From: an uncultured virus (IMG/VR IMGVR_UViG_3300023097_000002)
Taxonomy: Duplodnaviria > Heunggongvirae > Uroviricota > Caudoviricetes
Direction: 5' to 3' (one strand)
IMG/VR virus record: IMGVR_UViG_3300023097_000002
Coordinates: 1 to 64,000 of that record
Length of the DNA stretch: 64,000 nt
A program made the translations under genes and the position numbers. Within the stretch, counting starts at the first letter, position 1, and each line of letters begins with the position of its first letter. The notes beneath the pieces were generated by a model. The model saw nothing but the letters and a program-made list of their open reading frames with translations. It was not told where the DNA came from and did not search any database. This document shows, in pieces, positions 39,431 to 49,257 of the stretch.

Positions 39431-39860
39431 TCAGTCGCCGTCCGGCATGTCGTGCTGGTAGGAGTGCGCCCGGGAAGGGAGCGGAGTGCCCGCGCCCCAT
39501 ACGTTACGTGCAGAGACGTACCGGGTCTCTCCCTTCTGACGGATCTTCCCGCGCCGCTTCTCGCTGTCCTCGCGGTCCTTCTCGATCTCCGCGCAGCCGT
39601 AGCAGACGGCGCCCTTCAGATCGAAAACGATCTCGTTGTTCGTCGACATGCCGATCCAGGCAGGAGTGCCGCACTGCTTGCACGTCTCCTCCTCCAGGAT
39701 CGTCAGGGCCATGGCCAGCTTGCGGTTGCGTTCGTCGGCCCAGTCAGAGGGCCGTCCCGTCAGCATTGTCAGCGGGGGCACGGACCACGATCTCGCCGTT
39801 TTCAACAGCGGTCGCACCCATGCCGATTTCTTCCAGGTGAGAGCTTCCGCCAGGAAACCC
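39431..39860 (-). CDS. Frameshift extension of the tail assembly chaperone (gpT-equivalent)
   Basis: Overlaps the chaperone 3' end in the +1 frame from GGG TTT C; CKQCG and CYGC motifs. Confidence 0.7.
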
Positions 39861-40544
39861 GGCATCGAGCTTGTCGGCCCAGTCACGGGAAGCCGACAGG
39901 CCGGTCCCCACGGACTCCATCAGGCGCATCGTCTCGGAGGAGATGAGCTTCTTCAGAAGGAGGTCGGCGCCGCTGCGGCTCGGCGGCGGAACCGTGCGCC
40001 CGTCGGGCAGCTTCAGCTCGATGCAGAAGTGCGAGATCTGCGCGGTGAGCGTGTACCGGCTGCGGGCGGTGATGTAGTCGAGGTCGTTCTCGCTGGCGTC
40101 CTTGTACTGCGGGTTCTCCTTGTGGAACGTGCGCGTCGCCTCGCGGGTGACCGTTCCCAGCTCCTCCGGCGTCTTGACCTGGAAGACGAGCGTGATGCCC
40201 GACTTCACGATCTTCGCCTTCAGATCCTCGACCCGGCCGGAGAGAGCGTCGATCTTCTCCTCCAGCTCGGTGCGCTCTTCCTGGAGAGCATCCAGCACCG
40301 AGTCCACGAAGGAGTTCGCGGAGGTCTCGGTGCGCTTGCGGATGTCCTTCTCCACGCGCTCCAGGCTCTCGACCAGAGTCTCCAGCTCTTCGAGCACGCC
40401 GCCGAGTTCGGCACCGCTTCGCTGGTCCAGGTACGCCGTGTGCTCGAACACGGGGAACGTGGAGTTCCCCTCCAGGTAGTCCTCGAAGCTGAAGTTGTCG
40501 GGGCCGGGCTCCGGGTTGCCCGGCTCCGCAATGTCCTGCGCCAT
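39744..40544 (-). CDS. Tail assembly chaperone (gpG-equivalent)
   Basis: Between tail tube and tape measure; RBS GAAGGA; DAGFPG near the end. Confidence 0.8.
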   Translation of the reverse strand: MAQDIAEPGNPEPGPDNFSFEDYLEGNSTFPVFEHTAYLDQRSGAELGGVLEELETLVESLERVEKDIRKRTETSANSFVDSVLDALQEERTELEEKIDALSGRVEDLKAKIVKSGITLVFQVKTPEELGTVTREATRTFHKENPQYKDASENDLDYITARSRYTLTAQISHFCIELKLPDGRTVPPPSRSGADLLLKKLISSETMRLMESVGTGLSASRDWADKLDAGFPGGSSHLEEIGMGATAVENGEIVVRAPADNADGTAL

Positions 40545-40570
40545 GTCCGTTCCTTCGGTCGTACGGGTTG

Positions 40571-41137
40571 TCAGCTCGCGGTGCTGCCGACCTGCACAAG
40601 GCCGTCCGAGGACTGGCCCTGGGCGTACATGGTCGGCTGAAGCTGAAGGGGGGCGGTCGCGTCGTTGATGACGTTGGGGTCGCCGGAGAGGAACTTGTAG
40701 ACCGTGACCCAGTCGTCGTCCACCGCGTTCGGATCCCGAACGGGGTGCTTCGAGATCCGCTGGACCAGGAACCCCGAGCGCAGGGGCTTCTTGAACAGGC
40801 GCATCACGTCGTTGTAGATCGACGGGTCGAGCTTGTTCGGGTCGCGGTCCAGGAAGACGTTGAGCTGGCCTTCGTAGTTCTTCGCGGTCGGGGTCGCCAC
40901 GTTCGAGTCGTCGCAGAGGCCACGCGTGTCGTCCGTGTCGCGGTCCGTCCAGCCGAGCGTGATGTCGGTGGTCAGTGCGCACGAGATGTTCAGACCCGCG
41001 TTGATCTCTGCGGCGGTCGGGTGGTCGATGTCCGCGAAACCCTCGCCGTACGTGCCCTCGTACCCCTCGGACGTCTGGTCCGATTCGTCGACCCACCAGA
41101 TGGTGAGCGACGGGGGGAGGCTCTTCACTGCTGCCAT
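40571..41137 (-). CDS. Major tail (tube) protein
   Basis: PTAAEINAGLNISCA...D.R.LC pattern typical of actinophage tubes; position. Confidence 0.85.
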   Translation of the reverse strand: MAAVKSLPPSLTIWWVDESDQTSEGYEGTYGEGFADIDHPTAAEINAGLNISCALTTDITLGWTDRDTDDTRGLCDDSNVATPTAKNYEGQLNVFLDRDPNKLDPSIYNDVMRLFKKPLRSGFLVQRISKHPVRDPNAVDDDWVTVYKFLSGDPNVINDATAPLQLQPTMYAQGQSSDGLVQVGSTAS

Positions 41138-41229
41138 TCGTACCTCCGGCCGGAAGGCATGATCGTGCCTGACCGGAGTCTAACCGCGAAAGCCCCTGCC
41201 TGGGACGCTGGGCGCCCGAAGCGAATTCT

Positions 41230-41715
41230 TTACGAACCCGTTCCGGTGTGCTGACCCACATTCACGACACCCTGGAACCCGATCGCCAGGTAGAAACGCA
41301 GCGTGTCGCCGACACCAACCGGGTAGGGATCGCGGACTGTTCCCGATCCGGCTTCGCTGATCTCGCCCTGGTCGGCGGGCGTGTATCCGACGAGCAGATC
41401 CCGGCACGCCTGGGCGAGCTGAAGAAGCGAAAGTCCAGATGGCGCCACGGATTCGACAATGAATCCCGCCTTCTTCGTGACGCCCTTGTCCTCTCCGGAA
41501 ACACCGCAGAGGTCCGCCACAGACAGGCGGCCACCGAATCCGGAGATGTCGAATGCCTGGCCGAACCAGAGGATGACGCTCGGCTTGTAGAAGCCCGAGG
41601 GGTCCTTGATGACGTCGGTGTTCTCGGGCACACCTTCCAGGAAAACGGGCGTGTTGGGCAGCCCCGTATCCAACCGGCTGTAGATGTCCATCTGCCAGTC
41701 CAGCAGAGAGGCCAT
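41230..41715 (-). CDS. Tail terminator/completion protein
   Basis: Precedes the tail tube; TGATG coupling. Confidence 0.65.
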   Translation of the reverse strand: MASLLDWQMDIYSRLDTGLPNTPVFLEGVPENTDVIKDPSGFYKPSVILWFGQAFDISGFGGRLSVADLCGVSGEDKGVTKKAGFIVESVAPSGLSLLQLAQACRDLLVGYTPADQGEISEAGSGTVRDPYPVGVGDTLRFYLAIGFQGVVNVGQHTGTGS

Positions 41716-42128
41716 CAGCGACCACCCACTCGCGCCTGAAGCTCGGCGGTCACCTGGTTGAAGGCGTCGAGCACGGCCATCATCGGGGTGATGCCGTTCC
41801 GTGTACCGAACTCCTGGAAGGGTGCGTAGTACGGGTTGTTGGACTCCCACCCGAAGGAGATCTTCAGGATGTCCGTACCGAAGTCGCCCGTACCGGTGAC
41901 GGAGGACTTCATCCGCCCCGTGTCCACGCGCGACTTCGCCCGCACCAGACCCTCGCCCCGGCGCCGGGCGTTCGACATGTCCAGAACCAGTCGCTGACGG
42001 GACTTGTTCAGGTGGTCGATGACGAACGCGGAGAGGCCGATGTCGAAGGCGCCGTTCGGAGTGCCGCCGCCGTAGTACCGCTGGGCACCGCCGAACCGGT
42101 AGTTGTACTTGATCCCGATATACGCCAT
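41715..42128 (-). CDS. HK97 gp10-like tail completion protein
   Basis: RVDTGRMKSS...YAPFQEFGT. Confidence 0.8.
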   Translation of the reverse strand: MAYIGIKYNYRFGGAQRYYGGGTPNGAFDIGLSAFVIDHLNKSRQRLVLDMSNARRRGEGLVRAKSRVDTGRMKSSVTGTGDFGTDILKISFGWESNNPYYAPFQEFGTRNGITPMMAVLDAFNQVTAELQARVGGR

Positions 42129-42958
42129 TACAGGGCCTCCCTCACCTCGTCGACCGGAAGGTTCTCGTCCAGGTCGATGACCTCATGGTCCTTCATCAGA
42201 CCCGCCATCGCATTCATCTCTTCCGAGGTCATCGAGAGGATCCTCTCCGACCGGCGCTCGATCGAGCCCGAGAGTTTCCGGCCCGTCCGGTTGTACCCGT
42301 AGAACCCCGCATGGAAAGCCCGGGGCTGCGCGGGGTACACCGTCACCCCCCGGCCGCTCTCCCGGATCCGGTTGAACAGGCCGTCCTGCTCCGCGTGCCC
42401 CGGCGGGATCTGACTGCCGGGGAAGGTGCGGCGGCAGTAACCGACCATGTCGCCGTAGTACACCGGCTTGTTGTGGGCAACCGCGCGGCGGGCCACCTCG
42501 GGCCGGAAAGACACTCCGAGCGACTGGTAGGAGGGGTGCCGGTAGGCCGCCGCTGGGGGTTCTCCGGTCAGGTTCTGGTTCCGGCAGGCACTCACCGAGA
42601 AAGCATCCGGAGCCGCCGAGTGGGCTGCTTCGTGATACGCGAAGTAACCGAGCGAGACCATGATGTCGTCCTCGACCACGTGAATCAGGTCGGCTTCGAT
42701 GGACAATGCATCCTTCAGTCCAGACAGGATGTTGTAGGAATTCCCGTGGAACTGGTGATGGTGCATCACGCGCAGAAAAATCTCGGAGAACGAGCTGGAA
42801 AAGGATTCGGCCACCTGGCGGCATTCCAGGGTGCCCTTCCGGTCCAGCGTCACCACCACTCGCACGTCATAACCCGCCGCCGCCTTGGCCAGCCGGGTGA
42901 GGCAGGCATGCAGCATGTCGGGCCTGCGCCACGCCGGAACCAGAACCGTGTGCTTCAC
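42128..42958 (-). CDS. GT-A fold glycosyltransferase
   Basis: VLVPAWRRPDML, VVEDDI and EQDG motifs; coupled to both neighbours. Confidence 0.8.
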   Translation of the reverse strand: MKHTVLVPAWRRPDMLHACLTRLAKAAAGYDVRVVVTLDRKGTLECRQVAESFSSSFSEIFLRVMHHHQFHGNSYNILSGLKDALSIEADLIHVVEDDIMVSLGYFAYHEAAHSAAPDAFSVSACRNQNLTGEPPAAAYRHPSYQSLGVSFRPEVARRAVAHNKPVYYGDMVGYCRRTFPGSQIPPGHAEQDGLFNRIRESGRGVTVYPAQPRAFHAGFYGYNRTGRKLSGSIERRSERILSMTSEEMNAMAGLMKDHEVIDLDENLPVDEVREAL

Positions 42959-43869
42959 CGCTCCACCAGCCTCAGTGCGATTTCCTTGAACTCGGCATTG
43001 CGCTTCAGGAAGCGGGCGCGAACCGCTTTACCGATCTGCTCACGTCGTTCCGGGGTGAGGGCTGCGGCCCGGCGTACCGCCTCGGCAACGAGCGTCGGAG
43101 AGGTGTACGTGAGGATCGCCTGGTGGTGGTTGCGCGTGCTGGTCACTCCGACCAGGTAGCCCCACTCCGGCCTGATGTGCTCATTCATCGGTGAGGCGTC
43201 GGTCGTCACCACGATGGCGCCCACCGACATGGCCTCGGTGATGTAGTGGCCCCACCCCTCGGCAATGGAGGGGCAGACGTGGATCTGCGCCTCGTTCATC
43301 AGGCGATTGCGCTCCTCGTCGGAAGGCGAGAGGACGACGGTGATGCGGTCTTCAAGCCCCGCCGGAATGTGCACCTCATCCTTCGAGATGATCGTCAGGG
43401 GCGGCAGGGTCGAGTCCTTCTGCCAGGCGCCGATGACCTGTTCCGTGCCCTTCATCCCTGACCGGCCGCGCAGATGCATGCACTTCAGCTCACGCTTTAC
43501 GTCTGGATCATGGAGATCTGTTCCCAGAAACCCGGTGAGCTGCACGTTCTTGCCGCCACGATTGCGGCAGAACCGCAGTGCGTAGTTGCTCTTGGCCCAG
43601 ATCTGATCGAACGCCGCAAGGTATTTCATCCACTCCCGTGGATACCATTCCAGGTTCAGAATGGCGATGTTCTTGTCGGCGAACTGGGCGAGGTTCCGGC
43701 TGACCAGTTCGAGATGGAAAGCGACGTCCGTCCGGGGCATCTCCTTCGCCTGCCAGTCATGGAATTCCACTTCGTGCCCAGCCGACTCGAAAAGCTCGGT
43801 GAGCAGTGCGGCATCCAGCGACAGACCCACGCCATTGTCCCGGCTGAGCAGCGCAATCTTCAGGCCCAC
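42955..43869 (-). CDS. GT-B fold (GT4-like) glycosyltransferase
   Basis: HVCPSIAEGWGHYITEAMSVGAIVVTTD (E-x7-E) motif. Confidence 0.9.
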   Translation of the reverse strand: MGLKIALLSRDNGVGLSLDAALLTELFESAGHEVEFHDWQAKEMPRTDVAFHLELVSRNLAQFADKNIAILNLEWYPREWMKYLAAFDQIWAKSNYALRFCRNRGGKNVQLTGFLGTDLHDPDVKRELKCMHLRGRSGMKGTEQVIGAWQKDSTLPPLTIISKDEVHIPAGLEDRITVVLSPSDEERNRLMNEAQIHVCPSIAEGWGHYITEAMSVGAIVVTTDASPMNEHIRPEWGYLVGVTSTRNHHQAILTYTSPTLVAEAVRRAAALTPERREQIGKAVRARFLKRNAEFKEIALRLVER

Positions 43870-43888
43870 GTGGTTCCCTCTCCCCTGG

Positions 43889-44458
43889 TCAAGGACCCAT
43901 CACGCCGTTGTTCATGGCGACGGGCTCCATCGAGAACGGCGGCGGCAGCGTCTGCGGGTGCGCCGCGTCCACGTCACAGAGGACATTCCTCAGCCATGCA
44001 TTCGAGGACATGAGCGGGTTGCGTACGTGGAAAAGGTAATGGACCAGCTCCGGATCTCCGAGGATCAGATGGCCGAGTTCCGGATCGTTCGGGTCGGGCT
44101 CAAGTGCACGTACCAGATCGTTGGCATGCACTGGCGGGCATGTGCGGATCGGCACCTGTACGCGGATCGCGTGGTCGGTACCCATATCGCCCCGCTGGGT
44201 GCGGACCCTCGCGCGCCAGTCCTTGTTGTTGGCGATGCGGCCCGGCCCCCGGTACAGCAGGATCAGTTCGGGGAATTTCTCGCCGCCCTGACCGTCGGGA
44301 ATCGTGAGGCCGCCCGAGATGGGGTCGAAGCCGTACTCACCGCCCTGCGACGGCCTGCGGAAAATCTCCACCGCCGCGTTCATGTGGCCGCGAGGAACCG
44401 ACCGCTGGTGCAGTTGCCAGCGGGGATCCAGAGCGCTGCGCCTGTTGAGTGAGGCCAT
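43889..44458 (-). CDS. Head-to-tail stopper-like protein
   Basis: LLYRGPGRI...RVQVP...NDLV pattern; follows the adaptor. Confidence 0.65.
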   Translation of the reverse strand: MASLNRRSALDPRWQLHQRSVPRGHMNAAVEIFRRPSQGGEYGFDPISGGLTIPDGQGGEKFPELILLYRGPGRIANNKDWRARVRTQRGDMGTDHAIRVQVPIRTCPPVHANDLVRALEPDPNDPELGHLILGDPELVHYLFHVRNPLMSSNAWLRNVLCDVDAAHPQTLPPPFSMEPVAMNNGVMGP

Positions 44459-44463
44459 GGGGC

Positions 44464-44652
44464 CTATTCTGCACGCAGACGCCCCGGAAGATCGCACTTC
44501 AGCGCGTTGAAGATGCGGCAGGCGAGGGGCGGGGTGCCGCTGGGCACCGGTCCGTTCTCAGGGATGGAGACCTCGGTCTGGTCGTAGGAGATGGTGATCT
44601 TTCCGCCTCCCTCGGTGACAGTGATCGGCGGCTCGTATTCCTTCTTTTCCAT
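44464..44652 (-). CDS. Small hypothetical protein
   Basis: Fills the gap between adaptor and stopper. Confidence 0.4.
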   Translation of the reverse strand: MEKKEYEPPITVTEGGGKITISYDQTEVSIPENGPVPSGTPPLACRIFNALKCDLPGRLRAE

Positions 44653-44754
44653 GGTCCCTGCCCTCTTGGAAGCTGGATCCACGGAAGCTACCCGCCTACG
44701 CACCAGTAGGATCCAGGTTCGGGGAATCTTCACCCGAATCCCGGATCCTCCTTG

Positions 44755-45243
44755 TCAGAGCCAGCGCGCGAAGGTAGGGCCGCCGATTCCGGCAGTCCAC
44801 CCCTGGGGAAAACCGTGCAGGCTGTAGGGGAAGCCGTCCTGCGGCACCGGCTGGAAGTCCACGATCACCATGATCTCGGAGTCCTCGTCGGCCGCATCCG
44901 CCCGGTCTTCGAGCTGCTTCGCTCCGGCGAGCAGGGCACCGGCCAGCTTCGCACCGTCGGTCTGAAGGTCTTCGGTGCGGATGACCTTCTGGATCAGACC
45001 TTCGGAAACGGCGAGCGCCCGCAGGGCCGAGGCCGCCGCCCGGTAGATGCGTGCCGAACCCTCACCGATGGCGATCGTGTACAGCCCGCGCAGGTGGGCG
45101 TCGCTGAACATGTACTCGGCGATCCCGGAGTCCGAGTAGTCGACCTGCTCGACATCCGGAATGAGCGCCCGGATCTGTCCGATCACGGAGCCGAAGTCGA
45201 CGGGATACACGTCCTGTGAAGCGGTCGTTCCTACGGCTGCCAT
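44755..45243 (-). CDS. Head-to-tail adaptor
   Basis: GQIRALIPD...FSD..L...AAASAL...K.IRTEDL.TDGAK; RBS GGAGG. Confidence 0.8.
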   Translation of the reverse strand: MAAVGTTASQDVYPVDFGSVIGQIRALIPDVEQVDYSDSGIAEYMFSDAHLRGLYTIAIGEGSARIYRAAASALRALAVSEGLIQKVIRTEDLQTDGAKLAGALLAGAKQLEDRADAADEDSEIMVIVDFQPVPQDGFPYSLHGFPQGWTAGIGGPTFARWL

Positions 45244-45349
45244 CAGCCACCTCCCGGGTCTGTTGTCCCTGATCGTACGGGTCGCGATCCCCACGGTCAG
45301 CCCGCTGTCGACAGCCTTCGAAGGTACGAAGGTTCTCCCACGATGTCCC

Positions 45350-46030
45350 AGTTTGACTGGTGGTCTGCGCGGTCAACTTGACATGCCACCAACAAGAGCA
45401 GCCCGAGTTGCAGGGTTTATTACCAATAAGTCCGAATTAATACCCTCAGTGGGTATGACTTGCCTGACCTGCGGTTCTGTTTGGTTCGGGGACCGAATCG
45501 AACTTGGAAGCTGGAGGGTAACCCGAATCTGCCAGGGGGTGCGCACCTATGTGTCGATGTATGCGCAGGTCAAATGGTGTGACGGGCGCAGGGCAAGCAG
45601 GGGTTTCGATGTCGACATTGAACCCTGGCAACCAGGTGACAGGGAGGGGTATGCAGTGCCCGATTCGTGCTGATTCATGGTGATTAACTTTGGCTGCCAG
45701 TCGTCCGGAAAAAAGAGAGTATCGAACCCCTACTTGTGCCCTGACCTGCGGAACCACCCACTCTTTAAGAACAGAAACATCCTCCTCTCTCCTGTCTGTA
45801 CCTGTAGGCAAGGGCCCGCCATCCGGGCTGGCGCCCGGCTTGGCGGCGGGAGGACGGAGGAGTCGCTTCGCTCCAAAAAGATCTGGGGGCTGAGGCGATG
45901 GGCAGGGTGCGGGCCGGAAGGGGGCTGGGCGGCGCTCCAGGGCGCGCGCAGGGGTCGGTGCGGCCCTGCGGCGGTCAGTGGGTGGGTGAGGCCGTCAGGC
46001 GGGCTCAGGTGGCCTCGTGGCGGAGGAGGT
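45350..46030. other. Long non-coding region, candidate replication origin/control region
   Basis: Lower GC to about 45810, three TGACCTGCG copies, an imperfect inverted repeat, then a G-rich tract. Confidence 0.45.
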
Positions 46031-46079
46031 ACGTGAGGTTCACGGAAATCTGATAGAGTTCTCGGTAAAGGAGGAGATC

Positions 46080-46454
46080 GTGAACCTAGTCGAAGAGCGC
46101 CTTTGCGCTGCCCTCGTGAACCGCAATCTGACTCACAACTCGTTCCGGGTGTATGCCGCCCTGGTCTTCTTGCTGGACGGCAAGATCAGTCGTGAGCGAA
46201 CCACGGCCATCTCCGTACCGTTGCTGAAGGAGTTGGTCCCGGGAGTGCGAGGCAAACCACCAGGGGAAACGGCCTTCCGTGACGCACTGCGCGAGTTGCA
46301 GGAGGAGGGCCTGATCGAAGTCATCGGTCCTCAGTGGTCGAAGACCCAACTGCATCTTCGGCTGCTGGATCTACGCGAAGACCCGGGGTCGACTCTGGAG
46401 CGAATCAAGCAGGCCCTGCTGAACGTGCCCGGCTGGATTCGTTCTTCTCGCTAA
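46080..46454 (+). CDS. Winged-helix protein (replication-initiator N-terminal-like)
   Basis: LTHNSFRVYAAL...AFRDALRELQEEGLIEV; RBS AAGGAGG. Confidence 0.65.
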   Translation: MNLVEERLCAALVNRNLTHNSFRVYAALVFLLDGKISRERTTAISVPLLKELVPGVRGKPPGETAFRDALRELQEEGLIEVIGPQWSKTQLHLRLLDLREDPGSTLERIKQALLNVPGWIRSSR

Positions 46455-46510
46455 CCCTTGCGCTCGACGGTGGAAAAGGGTGTACTGTGGTTCTCGGAAA
46501 GGAGAAGCAC

Positions 46511-46867
46511 ATGCAGCCGACCGACCGCGTCCTTGCGGCAGCCCTGACCCCGAACCTTCCGCACGGCGCCTTCCGGCTCTACGCGATTCTCGACGCCGCC
46601 TCCCGTGAGGCCGACGCCGTGGACGAGTACTTCCCGGTGACGCTGGAGGGCCTGATGCGGCTCCACCCGGGTATCGCCGGGCGCAACGCCGGGGCCACCA
46701 CGATCATCAAGCAGATCGCCGCACTGCGCGGGGCCGGTCTCCTGGACACCCGGGCTGCCATGCACCGTAACGAACCGAAGATGCCGGTGCTCGTGAAGCT
46801 CTTCGCTCCCCACGTCAGCCCCGGAGAGAAGCCCCTTTCGGTCGCATCGGTGGCGAACTCGCAGTAA
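46511..46867 (+). CDS. Winged-helix protein, resembling the upstream gene
   Basis: LPHGAFRLYAIL...TIIKQIAALRGAGLL; RBS AAGGAG. Confidence 0.65.
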   Translation: MQPTDRVLAAALTPNLPHGAFRLYAILDAASREADAVDEYFPVTLEGLMRLHPGIAGRNAGATTIIKQIAALRGAGLLDTRAAMHRNEPKMPVLVKLFAPHVSPGEKPLSVASVANSQ

Positions 46868-47164
46868 ACGGATACCTGCATATCGAACATTCCTGTTTCA
46901 CAAGCAAGTTCCGTTCGAACAGTGCGCTATTCTCCATGCGGCCCGGCTCGCCGGGTGGAAGGGAGGAAGCGCATGTGCTCGGACGCAGAAGGTCCACCGG
47001 AAGGGATTGATCCCGGACAGTGGGCTCTCGATCAGTACAGAGCATGGAGGGTCGTCACCTTCGGGGACGGCCGTACCCCGCCGGTCAGCTCGATGGATGA
47101 GCTGCTGGCGCGGGTGAGGGAAGAGCCGCCCGGCTGACGGGCGGCATCGGAGAGGAGAAGGAAC

Positions 47165-47446
47165 GTGGCGACGAAGAGGCCGACCTACACCTGGAAGTAC
47201 GTGCCGTTCACGGCGGCGGCGCCGCTCCCGGAGAAGAAGTTCCGCTCGAAGCCGACCTGCTACGCGGGCATCAACGGCGAACGCGAGCTGATCCGTGAGG
47301 GCTCCAGCCGGGTGATCCGCGTGACGGTCTACGAGTGGCAGAAGGACACCGGCCGCTGGATGACCTACGAGCGTCTGGACCTGAAGGCCGACATCGACGC
47401 GGAGAAGGCCCACCAGGAGAAGCTGGCGAAGGGTGACGAGAAGTGA
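47165..47446 (+). CDS. Hypothetical protein
   Basis: RBS GGAGAAGG; coupled to the next gene. Confidence 0.6.
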   Translation: MATKRPTYTWKYVPFTAAAPLPEKKFRSKPTCYAGINGERELIREGSSRVIRVTVYEWQKDTGRWMTYERLDLKADIDAEKAHQEKLAKGDEK

Positions 47447-47943
47447 AGCTCGCCGTCGCGCTGATGTCGCTCACCGAGGGGTCCAACACGGTCTACGTCT
47501 CCCGCAGGGCGAGGCGTTTCCACGAGGACCCCGAGTGCCGGGCCCGTGGGGCGGGTCACATGATCTTCGCCTGCCGGTGCGGCGACCCGTACTGCGGATG
47601 CGCGGGCGACAAGCCCCCGGCCGCCGAGGCGATCTCGATTGACCAGGCCGCGATCCGTGACCTGGACCCCTGCGCCGTCTGCTACCCGCGCTTCCAGGAG
47701 ATCGCGGTCCAGCTCGTCGCCGACGACGACTTCGGCCACCGGCCCACCGAGGAGTACGGCGCGAACCGCGCCAACGTGAGCCGGAAGATCTGCGCCCGCT
47801 GCATCGACTGGAAGTGGGTCAAGGTCCACAACCAGGACACCGGGTCCGACGAGTTCTACCGCATGGGCCGTCGCGTTTCCTGGCCCTGCACGAGCGCCCA
47901 GATCCTGAACATCGCACCCCGCCAAGAGGAGTGGATTTCGTGA
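47443..47943 (+). CDS. Cys-rich hypothetical protein
   Basis: FH...C, PCAVC, CARC and WPC motifs. Confidence 0.6.
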   Translation: MKLAVALMSLTEGSNTVYVSRRARRFHEDPECRARGAGHMIFACRCGDPYCGCAGDKPPAAEAISIDQAAIRDLDPCAVCYPRFQEIAVQLVADDDFGHRPTEEYGANRANVSRKICARCIDWKWVKVHNQDTGSDEFYRMGRRVSWPCTSAQILNIAPRQEEWIS

Positions 47944-48278
47944 GGCAGTACGCGAGGGGCTACCTGGCTTTCTGCGTGAAGGTCGGCAGCCACTTCAAGG
48001 AACTCCTGGAGGAGAAGGGCGCCCTGCGGAAGTACAACGCGGAGACCGGCGCCGACCTCGGATACCTGGAGGCGGGCAGCTACGCCAACCAGGAGCTGTT
48101 CATCACCACGTACTGCGAGAGCGCCGAGCCGCTGGAACCGCACCCGGTCGACATGGCCGATTTCACCGAGGAGCAGATGGCGGTCTGGCGCGGCCAGATC
48201 CAGCGCTTCCTGCGGCAGGCGGAGATCCCGCCGGTCAACGCGATCGGCTTCCGGATCATCGCGGATCTGAGCAACTGA
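47940..48278 (+). CDS. Hypothetical protein
   Basis: GTGA and TGATG coupling. Confidence 0.6.
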   Translation: MRQYARGYLAFCVKVGSHFKELLEEKGALRKYNAETGADLGYLEAGSYANQELFITTYCESAEPLEPHPVDMADFTEEQMAVWRGQIQRFLRQAEIPPVNAIGFRIIADLSN

Positions 48279-48688
48279 TGGCCGTGCTCGACATGGCGGA
48301 CGTCGAAGCGGCCCGGAGTGACATCCGGGCCGCACGCAAGATCCTGATGCGGCTGTACACCGTCTCCGGCAACAACTCGGGCATGGACTGGCAGCTCGCG
48401 GTCGAGAAGGCCGAGGATGACCGGCGCGTGGTCGGGGTGATGAGCGAGCGCGGCGACATGGTCATGGGTGACTGCATGTCGGACCCGAACAACGAGGTGA
48501 CCGTGGCCGACGCGCAGCTCATCGCGCTCATGGACCCCCGGTTCGCTCGCATGGTGATCGATCTGTTCAATTCGGCGCTGGAGGAAATCGACCGGTACGG
48601 CGCCTTCGAACATCTCGTGATCCACGCCAGAAGGATGGCGCAGAAGATCGTGAAACAGTGGGAAGGAGGGGTGAGCAATGAGCAGTGA
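48278..48688 (+). CDS. Hypothetical phage protein
   Basis: ADAQLIALMDP motif seen in phage early proteins. Confidence 0.6.
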   Translation: MAVLDMADVEAARSDIRAARKILMRLYTVSGNNSGMDWQLAVEKAEDDRRVVGVMSERGDMVMGDCMSDPNNEVTVADAQLIALMDPRFARMVIDLFNSALEEIDRYGAFEHLVIHARRMAQKIVKQWEGGVSNEQ

Positions 48689-48944
48689 ACCGCTGAAGGT
48701 GGGCGACGTGATCCACGGATTCGCCCAGGGCGGCTTCGGCCGTGACCACTACGACTGCGTGAAGATCGAAGCAGCCGGTACGGACTGGATCGTCGCCCGG
48801 GATGCCGACGGCGACGTGGCATTCGCCAGCGGGGAGCGCAGCCTGAAGCACCTCATCATGGTCCGCGACACGGATCGGTGCCCCGAGGACGAGTGCCCGG
48901 TGGAGAAGAAGGCGACCGGCCTGACGGTTCCGGGCGGATGGTGA
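48678..48944 (+). CDS. Hypothetical protein
   Basis: RBS GGAGG; LKVGDVIHGF..G.FGRD.Y. Confidence 0.6.
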   Translation: MSSEPLKVGDVIHGFAQGGFGRDHYDCVKIEAAGTDWIVARDADGDVAFASGERSLKHLIMVRDTDRCPEDECPVEKKATGLTVPGGW

Positions 48945-48945
48945 C

Positions 48946-49257
48946 GTGAAGATCCACGAAGTGCTGGACGGTGACGGGAAGGAGAACCCGGCGGTCTGCT
49001 GCGGCACGCTTCCGCTTCTCCTTCCCTCCGGGGATCTGATCACCGAGCATCCGGAGATCGTCACCTGCGACAACAGGGCGCCGCGCTGCCCCGGCTGCAA
49101 GGGTGAGGCGGGCTACATCGGCATGCGCACCGAGCCGCCCGCGTTCGCCACGGACGACGCGGCGGTCATCATGAAGGTCGATCCCTGCGCGCACGAATTC
49201 CGGGTCAGGGTCGGCATCCAGGATTCCAAGATCCGACTGGAGAAGAGGGGCACGTGA
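48946..49257 (+). CDS. Cys-rich hypothetical protein
   Basis: CCG, VTC, CPGC and PCAH; coupled. Confidence 0.55.
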   Translation: MKIHEVLDGDGKENPAVCCGTLPLLLPSGDLITEHPEIVTCDNRAPRCPGCKGEAGYIGMRTEPPAFATDDAAVIMKVDPCAHEFRVRVGIQDSKIRLEKRGT

